Shown here: positions 12,931-21,964 of the stretch, one piece after another
How the letters are laid out: every line of letters starts with the position of its first letter
How positions within the stretch are numbered: the stretch's first letter is position 1
Source of the DNA: Azolla caroliniana
Lineage: Eukaryota > Plantae > Polypodiophyta
Assembly: GCA_043228905.1 (NCBI GenBank)
Contig: JBHGNT010000008.1
Coordinates: forward strand, 21,700,001 to 21,764,000
Direction: 5' to 3'
Length of the DNA stretch: 64,000 nucleotides
Notes under the pieces: model-generated
Database searches by the model: none
What the model was told of the DNA's origin: nothing
What the model saw: only the letters and a program-made list of their open reading frames with translations
Translations under genes and position numbers: made by a program

Positions 12931-13851
12931 TGTCGGGGTAGTTGTGGTTTGTGCGGCGAAGTCGCGGGGACTAAGGTTAAGGGGAGTTGAAGAAACTTAA
13001 CTTTTAATAAGGCTTGTATGGTGATGTTAGAAAGGTTAAGAGTACCAAGAAGAAGAATTACAAGTAATGTGTGAGAGAGAGAGACGGGAATAGATAGAAG
13101 ATAGAGATAATATATGATTCAAGAAGCAAGATAGAGACAAAATATTATTTAAGAAGGAAGATTGAGACAAAGTATGAATCAAGAAGCAAGGGTATTTGAT
13201 ATAAACATGATGTATATTAAAAATATAATATTTTACCAACTTTACAATCCTTGATCGCAAGATGAATCTTTTCAATACCGACCCTTGATTTGAACCCACG
13301 ACCTCAACTTCGAAACAAGAGGTTCTCCACCCAATGAGCTAGTCTTCTCTACTTGATTGTCTTATTTTCTCACTCTCTCTTGATTGCTCACCTTGTTTTC
13401 CCTTTCCCCTCTTTATATAAGTGTTGCCATGCATATGGTAATGTATGGGAGCATGGCATGCATGTAATGCATGAGTTACATGTAATGCATGATCGCCATT
13501 TGGCGCACATGCATTGCATGTGATGAATGATGGCTATGTATGAAAATAGATATGGGATAAGTATAATGATGAAAATGCATTCTAAAATAATTAACCTAGC
13601 TTAGTGGTGTATGCTTGGTGCTTGGTATACAAGGTTGAGGGTTCAAGTCCCTCAATTTTACGTAGTACAATATATAGCTTCATTCTTATATCATGAAGCA
13701 CATTTATTACACACTTTTACAAATAAATAGCCTAGCCTAGTGGTATGTACATTGTACATCGTATATAAGGATGTGGGCTCAAGTCTCTCAAATATTATTA
13801 AATACAACATTTAAGCTCATTTTTATATCGTGAAGCACATTCTTCACGACA
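12931..13851 (-). mobile_element. Solo LTR of the TGTCG..GACA family, reverse orientation
   Basis: Termini TGTCGG and CACGACA. 4-bp TSD ACGG at 12927-12930 and 13852-13855. 13494-13520 is the reverse complement of the block at ~9063-9100. Confidence 0.85.
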
Positions 13852-14149
13852 ACGGGTGGAAAGAGATACCCACTCAGAGAAAGAAGAGCACCAACTACAT
13901 ATGTCAATCAATACATCCTGTTGACTCACGAAGGTGAACTAGAGTGCTATGAAGAAGCAGGAGCCAATGAGCACAAAGGAAAATGGTTGAGTGCATGCAA
14001 GACGAGATGGACTCCTTGCACGAAAATTATACCTATGGTGGAGCTACCAAAGGGTAAGAGAGCACTCAGGAATAAATGGGTCTACAAGGTGAAGACTGGA
14101 GAAGTCAACAGCACACCCAGATATAAAGCCCGTATTGTGGTGAAGGGGT

Positions 14150-14756
14150 TGTTGGGATTACGGTCCCTTCGGATGGGATGGTCGGATGTCGGAGACGAAT
14201 GCCGACAAGCCCGGTTTCGGTTTCGGAACCGGATGATGAAGACCCCGACTTCGGAGCCGGATGACGAATGTACCCGGAGAGAGATCCGGATGCAGGGACA
14301 TATCCGTGAATATGTCTGCTAAGGGCCCCTGAGGCTATAGTTGTAAATAGCCCCAAAGTCATATATGTATAAATATGACTTAGGGCAAATAGTTTTAGGG
14401 TTGCTATTCATTTTTCTGTTTTTCCACTCTAGAGGAGTGAAGAGAGAGTAGCCGTGAGAGAGAGAGAGAGAGATAGAGCGCGAGAGAGGAAGAGGACGAC
14501 GCCTCTGTGTATTTCCGCCGCCTGTGGCGAGGACAGCGAGCTCAAGGTCGTCGCCTTGCAGCTCGCCATTGTATACCTTTCTGTGCATAGTGTTGGTTTG
14601 GAGTCTTGTACTCCCGTGGTTTTTCCCGTACAGGGTTTTCCACGATAAATCGTGTGTCCTCTCTATTTTTGCATTTCCCATTTTCTGCTCCATTGATTCG
14701 CGCTTACTCGGTTGTGGCCGAGTGGTGAAGGTGAATCGAAGGGTCGATCCCCAACA
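14150..14756 (+). repeat. 5' LTR of the young copia
   Basis: TGTTGGG..CCCAACA, direct repeat of 18874-19480. Confidence 0.97.
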
Positions 14757-14786
14757 ATCTGGTATCAGAGCGAGTTGCTGCAGAAA

Positions 14787-17700
14787 ATGGAAGGCGGCGG
14801 CAGCGGGCAGCCGGGGATGATGGTGCTGAATGCGCAGAATTACGCCGACTGGAAGATCAAGATGGAGGATCTTCTGATTGTTCGGGACCTGTACGAACCG
14901 ATTGACAGGTCGGAAATACCGAAAGGGGTACTTGAGTCGGAGTGGAAGCTCCTGAACCGGAAAGCCGTAGCGACGATCCGACAATATGTCGATGTAAGCG
15001 TCCTACAACATGTGGCGAACGACACCAACGCATATGAGATGTGGAAGAAGCTGTCGGGCCTCTACGAGAGGAAGAATGCGTTGAACCGGACCTCCCTGAT
15101 GAGGAAGATAGTGAATCTCAAGTACCGGGATGGCGAGAGTATGGTGGAACACGTAAGCACGTTCATGGGATTCGTGAATCAGCTTGCGGCGATCAAGTTC
15201 CCGTTGGAGGATGCAATGCAAGCCATCATCCTGATGTGTACATTGCCGGAAAGCTGGGAGAACTTGGTGGTGACTCTCAGCACCTCCTGCACCGAAGATA
15301 ACTTGTCCTTGCAAACGGTAAAGACAAGTATTTTGAACGAAGAAGCGCGTCGGAGAGATAAAGAACCGGCCTCCGACCCGAAGGCGCTGCTTACCGAATC
15401 GGATCGGGGAAGACAATGGAACCGGAGTCCGCAAAGACGGGAGAAGTCGGGGACCCGGTCGCAGTCAAGAGGAAGGCCCACATGCTTCCACTGTGGGAAA
15501 CCGGGGCACTTCCGAAAGAATTGTCGGCATTACCGAAAAGACAACGGAGCCGACGACACCGATTCGAAGAAGTCACCGGAGAGAAACGGTGCATACCGGG
15601 GAGCCACGGACCGGAGAGGTTCGGATCGGCGAGGGCAGGACCGGAAAGGAACAACGGCACTCGCGGCAAGTGAAGAAGAAATCATGCTCATCACCGAAGA
15701 AGGTGAACTAAACGTTGCCGGCGATGAGACGACCTGGGTGGTCGATTCCGGAGCATCGTTCCACCTGACCCCGGAGAGAAGATACTTCTCATCCTACACA
15801 GCCGGTGAGCATGGCTGTGTTCGGATGGGAAATGAAGGTACGTGCCGGATTGCCGGCATCGGAGACGTGTGGTTAACAACCCCGACCGGATGCAAAATGC
15901 TGCTGAAGGATGTCCGACACGTTCCGGAGGTTCGATTGAACCTGATTTCGGCCGGGAGGCTAGACGATGAAGGCTACACAGGTAGCATCCGGAACGGCGT
16001 AACGAAGTTCAGCAAGGGGAGCCTGATAGTGGCTCGGGCCCGGAAAGACAACACACTGTACCTGATGAATGCCCGGTTATGTCCGGAAGAGCTGAATGTG
16101 GCAGCCGACACTGCCGGTGAGCTGTGGCACAAAAGACTGTGCCACATGAGTGAGAAGGGGATGAAGAGGCTTGCAGAAGACAACCTTATTCCAGTGAAGC
16201 ATGTGCACCTGGAGAAGTGCACCGACTACCTGGCCGGTAAGCAGAACCGAGCCTCCTTCCACTCAAGGCCACCGACGAGACGTAGCGCACCATTGGAGTT
16301 GGTGCACACGGATGTGTGTCAGGTAGAAACGAAGTCACATGGCGGAGCCCAGTACTTCGTAACATTCATCGATGATTACAGTCGGAAGCTGTGGACGGCA
16401 CCGTTGAAGACAAAGGACCAAGTGTTGTGCGTCTTCAAAGAACTTCACGCGAGAGTGGAAAGGGAATCCGGCAAGAAGCTGAAGGCGATACGAGCGGATA
16501 ACGGAGGGGAATACCGGGGGCGGTTCCAGGAGTACTGTCGCTCGAAGGGAATCCGGCTCGAGTTTACTGTGCCGAAGACGCCGGAACTGAACGGGCTGGC
16601 CGAGAGGATGAACCGGACCATAATGGAGAGGGTCCGGAGTATGCTGGCGCATGCGAAATTACCCAAGGGGTTTTGGGCTGAGGCAATGTCGACGGCGACA
16701 TATGTGATAAACAGATCACCCTCAATACCTTTGGACGGAGACACGCCGCAGAAAGTGTGGACCGGTAAGGAAGTGTCCTACCGGCATCTGAAGGTGTTCG
16801 GGTGTCTCGCATACGTGCATGTGGCAAAGGACCGGAGAGGAAAGTTAGATCCAAAGACCCAGCCATGCATATTCCTCGGTTACGGCGACGACGAGTTCGG
16901 CTACCGAGTATGGGACCCGGTCGACAAGAAGATATTCAGGAGTCGAGACATCATCTTCATGGAGGACAAGACACTCGCCGACTGGGAGTCGGAGAAGAAG
17001 ATGAAGAGCTCCAAGTCGACCGGTGAGGATCAACTCTACGAGGAGCAGTTCCGACCGGCAAGGGACCGGTTAGCACTCGAGGATCCGGCCGAAGACGGTG
17101 AAGAAACAGAACCGGCCGAAGAAGATGAAAATGATACCGGAACCGGCCCCGATCCCGAAATGGATTCGGATGAAGAAGAAGAATCGGAAGAACCGGTTAC
17201 CGAAGCTCCCGAACGGAGATATCCTCTAAGAGAGAGGAGGGCCCCCCGGAGATTTCCGGATCCAGAGCACGTGCTGCTAACCGACGAGGGGGAGCCGGAG
17301 AGCTTTGAAGAAGCAAAGCACGACACCCAGAGCCGCAGGTGGTTGAGTGCCATGCAGGACGAGATGGATTCCCTGCATGAGAACCATACATATGAACTTG
17401 TGGAGTTGCCGAAAGGAAAGCGGGCACTTCGAAACAAGTGGGTGTTCAAGCTGAAACCGGGAGATGCCGGAAACCCCCCGAGATACAAAGCCAGGATCGT
17501 GGTGAAGGGGTTTCAGCAGAAGAAGGGCGTCGACTTCGACGAGATATTTGCCCCGGTAGTGAAGATGACCTCCATCCGGATGGTGTTGAGCATAGCGGCA
17601 AGCATGGACCTCGAGGTAGAACAGATGGACGTGAAGACGGCATTCCTTCACGGTAACCTCGATGAAGAGATCTACATGCAGCAACCGGAAGGATTCGAGA

Positions 17701-18863
17701 AGAAAGGGAAGGAGCACCTGGTATGCCGGTTGAAGAAGAGCCTTTACGGACTGAAGCAGGCTCCCCGGCAATGGTACCGGAAATTCGACTCCTTCATGAC
17801 CGACGAAGGGTACCTCAAAACGCAGTCCGACCACTGCGTGTTTGTGAAGAAGTTCGAAGGAGGAGACTTCCTAATACTCCTCCTGTACGTGGACGACATG
17901 TTGATCGTCGGACGGGACCAGGTCAAGATACGGATGCTGAAGAAGGCTCTTCACCGAACCTTCTCAATGAAGGACTTGGGTCCGGCGAGACAAATACTAG
18001 GGATGCACATCATCCGGGACCGGAAGAAGAAGCAGTTGTGGCTGTCACAGGAGAAGTACGTGACGAAGGTGCTTCACCGGTTCAACATGTCGGAAGCAAG
18101 ACCGGTCGGATCGACCCTCCCGGCAAACTGCAAGCTGTCCAACAAGCAAAGTCCCAAGACAAAGGCTGAAAAGGAGGATATGATGAAAGTTCCATATGCC
18201 TCAGCCGTCGGGAGCTTGATGTACGCCATGGTGTGTACGAGACCGGACATCGGATATGCAGTCGGAGTGGTGAGCCGGTACATGAGCAATCCCGGCAAAG
18301 AGCATTGGAACGCGGCCAAGTGGATACTCCGATACCTGAAGGGCACGGCAAACGTGTGCCTCCGATTCGGCTCCGGTAAGCCCGAACTCGACGGCTTTAC
18401 CGATTCGGATATGTCGGCTGATGCAGATACCAGCCGGTCCACATCAGGGTATGTGATGACGTATGCAGGGGGAGCTGTTTCATGGCAGTCGAGGCTGCAG
18501 AAGACGGTTGCGTTGTCAACTACGGAGGCGGAGTACATGGCGGCTGTTGAAGCCGGCAAGGAAGTAATATGGATGAAGGACTTCATTAGAGAGCTCGGTA
18601 TCCGGCAGGAGGAGTACCGACTCTACTGTGATAGTCAGAGTGCAATCCACCTTGCGAAGAACGCGGCCTATCACTCCCGGACGAAGCACATCCAGCGAAG
18701 ATATCACTGGATCCGGGAAAGGATAGAAGACAAGGAGTTCGTGCTGACGAAGATCCACACGGACGAGAACGGGTCGGATATGCTGACCAAGGTGCTCACA
18801 CCCGACAAGCTGGAAGCATGCTGGAAGAGGATCGGATTGGAGAGACATCCCATGCCGAAGTGA
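14787..18863 (+). CDS. copia Gag-Pol polyprotein (~1358 aa from the first ATG after the PBS)
   Basis: Uninterrupted ORF with zinc knuckle CFHCGKPGHFRKNC, protease WVVDSGAS, integrase HTDVC..ADNGGEY..AERMNRT, RT QMDVKTAFL/YVDD and RNase H SDMLTK. Confidence 0.97.
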   Translation: MEGGGSGQPGMMVLNAQNYADWKIKMEDLLIVRDLYEPIDRSEIPKGVLESEWKLLNRKAVATIRQYVDVSVLQHVANDTNAYEMWKKLSGLYERKNALNRTSLMRKIVNLKYRDGESMVEHVSTFMGFVNQLAAIKFPLEDAMQAIILMCTLPESWENLVVTLSTSCTEDNLSLQTVKTSILNEEARRRDKEPASDPKALLTESDRGRQWNRSPQRREKSGTRSQSRGRPTCFHCGKPGHFRKNCRHYRKDNGADDTDSKKSPERNGAYRGATDRRGSDRRGQDRKGTTALAASEEEIMLITEEGELNVAGDETTWVVDSGASFHLTPERRYFSSYTAGEHGCVRMGNEGTCRIAGIGDVWLTTPTGCKMLLKDVRHVPEVRLNLISAGRLDDEGYTGSIRNGVTKFSKGSLIVARARKDNTLYLMNARLCPEELNVAADTAGELWHKRLCHMSEKGMKRLAEDNLIPVKHVHLEKCTDYLAGKQNRASFHSRPPTRRSAPLELVHTDVCQVETKSHGGAQYFVTFIDDYSRKLWTAPLKTKDQVLCVFKELHARVERESGKKLKAIRADNGGEYRGRFQEYCRSKGIRLEFTVPKTPELNGLAERMNRTIMERVRSMLAHAKLPKGFWAEAMSTATYVINRSPSIPLDGDTPQKVWTGKEVSYRHLKVFGCLAYVHVAKDRRGKLDPKTQPCIFLGYGDDEFGYRVWDPVDKKIFRSRDIIFMEDKTLADWESEKKMKSSKSTGEDQLYEEQFRPARDRLALEDPAEDGEETEPAEEDENDTGTGPDPEMDSDEEEESEEPVTEAPERRYPLRERRAPRRFPDPEHVLLTDEGEPESFEEAKHDTQSRRWLSAMQDEMDSLHENHTYELVELPKGKRALRNKWVFKLKPGDAGNPPRYKARIVVKGFQQKKGVDFDEIFAPVVKMTSIRMVLSIAASMDLEVEQMDVKTAFLHGNLDEEIYMQQPEGFEKKGKEHLVCRLKKSLYGLKQAPRQWYRKFDSFMTDEGYLKTQSDHCVFVKKFEGGDFLILLLYVDDMLIVGRDQVKIRMLKKALHRTFSMKDLGPARQILGMHIIRDRKKKQLWLSQEKYVTKVLHRFNMSEARPVGSTLPANCKLSNKQSPKTKAEKEDMMKVPYASAVGSLMYAMVCTRPDIGYAVGVVSRYMSNPGKEHWNAAKWILRYLKGTANVCLRFGSGKPELDGFTDSDMSADADTSRSTSGYVMTYAGGAVSWQSRLQKTVALSTTEAEYMAAVEAGKEVIWMKDFIRELGIRQEEYRLYCDSQSAIHLAKNAAYHSRTKHIQRRYHWIRERIEDKEFVLTKIHTDENGSDMLTKVLTPDKLEACWKRIGLERHPMPK

Positions 18864-18873
18864 AGGGGGAGTT

Positions 18874-19480
18874 TGTTGGGATTACGGTCCCTTCGGATGG
18901 GATGGTCGGATGTCGGAGACGAATGCCGACAAGCCCGGTTTCGGTTTCGGAACCGGATGATGAAGACCCCGACTTCGGAGCCGGATGACGAATGTACCCG
19001 GAGAGAGATCCGGATGCAGGGACATATCCGTGAATATGTCTGCTAAGGGCCCCTGAGGCTATAGTTGTAAATAGCCCCAAAGTCATATATGTATAAATAT
19101 GACTTAGGGCAAATAGTTTTAGGGTTGCTATTCATTTTTCTGTTTTTCCACTCTAGAGGAGTGAAGAGAGAGTAGCCGTGAGAGAGAGAGAGAGAGAGAG
19201 AGCGCGAGAGAGGAAGAGGACGACGCCTCTGTGTATTTCCGCCGCCTGTGGCGAGGACAGCGAGCTCAAGGTCGTCGCCTTGCAGCTCGCCATTGTATAC
19301 CTTTCTGTGCATAGTGTTGGTTTGGAGTCTTGTACTCCCGTGGTTTTTCCCGTACAGGGTTTTCCACGATAAATCGTGTGTCCTCTCTATTTTTGCATTT
19401 CCCATTTTCTGCTCCATTGATTCGCGCTTACTCGGTTGTGGCCGAGTGGTGAAGGTGAATCGAAGGGTCGATCCCCAACA
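18874..19480 (+). repeat. 3' LTR of the young copia
   Basis: Direct repeat of 14150-14756. Confidence 0.97.
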
Positions 19481-20540
19481 GGGGTTTCAACAAAAAAAGG
19501 TTGTCGACTTCGACAAGATATTCGCACCAGTCGGGAAGATGACATCAACAGAACTGTTCTAAGCATAGCTATCAGCATAGATCTAGAGATCGAACAGTTG
19601 GATGTCAAAACAACATTCTTGCACGGGGAGCTGGATGAAGAAATCTATATGTAGTAGCCCGAAGGCTTTGTGGAGAAAGGGAAAGAGAACCTGGTCTGTC
19701 AACTGAAGAAAAGCTTGTATGTTCTGAAAAAACTCCACGCCAATGGTACAAGAAGTTTGAGTCCATCATGCAAGAACATAGGTTCCAGAAAACATAGGTT
19801 GATCACTATGTGTTTTTCAAAAGGTACGATGAAGGTGCCCTCTTGATTCTCTTATTATATGTGGATGACATGTTGATAGTCGGACAAGACATGAAGAGGA
19901 TCATGAGCTTGAAGAAAGCTCTAGGCAAGTCATTTGCCATGAAAGATCTTGGACCGGCTAAACAGATTTTAGGTATGCACATATTCGGGATAGAACTAAG
20001 AAAGTGTTGTGGTTGTGACAAGAGAAGTATGTGACAAAGATCTTGGAGAGATTCAACATGTCAGAAGTGAAGCTAGTCGGCTCTATGTTGCCAAAAATTT
20101 GCAAGATGAATGTTAAGCAATGCCCTAGAGGGGAGAAAGAAAAGGCTAAGATGAGGAAAGTATTGTATGCCTTGGCCATCAGCAGTTTAATGTATGTTAT
20201 GCTCTGTACGAGACTAGACATAGCATTTGTTGTGGGAGTAGTAAGCCGATACATGAGTAATCCACGAAGAGAGCATTGGGCAGCAGTGAAGTAGATACTC
20301 AAGTACTTAAAAGGCACGTCGGGGGTGTGCCTCAGGTATGGTGTCAAAAAACCTGTACTCGAAGGTTTTACCGACTCAGACATGTCAGAAAACTTGTATT
20401 CGGACTCGAGTCGGTTCGCGGCAGGGTACGTGATGACATATGCAAGGGGAGCAATGGCATGGCAGTAAAGACTTCAGAAATTTGTGACTTTGTTGACCAC
20501 ATGACTAACCAACTCCACCCATAGGAGTGAAGGGGGAGTT

Positions 20541-21166
20541 TGTTAGGAATATGTTCCTCCTATGGGAGGAGCCTACTGGTCGGGCTGAGAGCCGACAATC
20601 GATGACAAACAGGAGTCAACATGGAGAGTCGACATTATAGTAAGCGATTCAAGTCAAAGACATGACCAACTAGTCGGGATGATTGGACAGTCAGCTAGTC
20701 GAATCGACTAGTCGACCAAGTGGTTGATTAACGGTTATAATTATTATTATAATAATAGAAGTGACAATAGTAAGTGACTACATTTGTAAATAGCCCATAG
20801 TGAGTGTGTATAAGTATAAATACACCTAGGACAAACTTTAAGTGAGTAATGTACATTAGAGTTTTTGTAGGTATGATTTGTAGAGCGAAGACTAGAGAGT
20901 GCGTGATAGAGAGCGACAACAGAAGGTTAGGGAACCTGCCAAGAACCCTAAGTGGTTATCAGCTACTTATCAAAGAAGAGTTGCAACCGTTCCTTGTAGT
21001 CTCTGTTGTATAGTGGAATATTTGTTCTCCCGTGGTTTTCCCCCCATTTAGGGTTTCCACGTAAAACTATGGGCACTGTGTATTTTGGTGTATTCTACTG
21101 TTTTTCCGTGTTCTGTATGTACATTTCAGCATATCTTCCTCACAGATCTACAATCCCATCCCTTCA
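20541..21166 (+). repeat. 3' LTR of the old Tork-like copia
   Basis: Starts TGTTAGG after the PPT. Contains CTCCCGTGGTTTTCCC..GGGTTTCCACG, like the young copia LTR. The end (CCCTTCA) is tentative. Confidence 0.7.
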
Positions 21167-21525
21167 GTATTGAGGGTGATGAACTAGTATAGGGGAAAAC
21201 AATTGCTTGTTGACCGAGGTTTCCAAGTCTAACTCATAAGACGAGCATAAGACAAGGATAAAATGGTGACCCATGTCCAACGATTGGACCTTTATTGAGG
21301 CCAAAGATTGCAAGACCCTAGATATAGATGTCATAATAATAGAAGTGTGGGGAGTCAAATGGCGTGACAAAGAGTTGCGTCAAAATGCAAATGGTTGCTT
21401 TGATATTAGGTAAGGAATGTCCAAATATTTATCAATGAAGGTCTTCATGACCTAGAGAATCCTAGCTTCAATCAATCAATCCTGATGAGGGTGAGGAAAA
21501 GAGGGCCAGTTAAAGAGGAATGTAG

Positions 21526-21964
21526 TGTTAGAACAAAGCAAGAGATTGAACGATTGAAGGAAGGTATAAGAGAATAGAAGAAGAGAGGAGAATGGATTGA
21601 TAAGAGAAGAGTGGATTTATTAGAATAGAATGAGTACAAGGATGAGTTGGATACAAGGTAGGCTTGGAGCTGAAGCCTAGTGTTGATTCGAACTGATTTG
21701 ATATGATCTATTTGTCTCTATTTAATAGAATAGCTTAGAGATTTCTAGAATGTTCTGGACCTAGAATATTCTAGGATGTTCTAGAAGATTTCTAGAATGT
21801 TCTAGAAAGTTCCAGAAGTTTCTTTGATACAATAATCACTATGAAAAGTAGCTTTTATCATTTCACATCCTGATAGGTTACCTTAATGGTTAAGCTTTGA
21901 ATTTCGTAATACGAAGTTTTGGGTTCAAGTCTAGGTGAAACAAAATGTTCACGGATTCATGACA
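21526..21964 (-). repeat. 3' LTR of the Tcn1-like element
   Basis: Direct repeat of 25748-26205 with small indels. Confidence 0.92.

Larger units (their letters stand above)
14150..19480 (+). mobile_element. Young, structurally intact Ty1/copia (Tork/Tnt1-like)
   Basis: 607-bp LTRs at 14150-14756 and 18874-19480 with one visible difference (14474). TSD GGGGT at 14145-14149 and 19481-19485. PBS TGGTATCAGAGC at 14760. PPT GAAGGGGGAG at 18862-18871. Confidence 0.98.
11685..21166 (+). mobile_element. Old degenerate Tork/Tnt1-like Ty1/copia (5' part displaced upstream), hosting the insertions at 12931-13851 and 14150-19480
   Basis: Motifs LWHKRLGH, LELVHTDVC, KARIVVKG|FQQKK (split by the young copia) and LYVDDML. 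PPT GAAGGGGGAG at 20529-20538. LTR from 20541. Confidence 0.85.

Noticed and set aside
13596-13655. Functional tRNA genes at the A/B-box sites
   Set aside because: No convincing acceptor stem or canonical anticodon arm. They are reported as tRNA-like cassettes only.
14138-14160. Young copia 5' flank (GTGAAGGGGT) resembles its own PPT, suggesting recombination or targeted insertion
   Set aside because: A clean 5-bp TSD (GGGGT) splits the host VVKG|FQQ codons, which indicates ordinary integration. With a single case, this is likely coincidence.
14840-18848. Many antisense and alternate-frame ORFs within the young copia
   Set aside because: Expected by-products of GC-rich coding sequence, with no recognisable domains.
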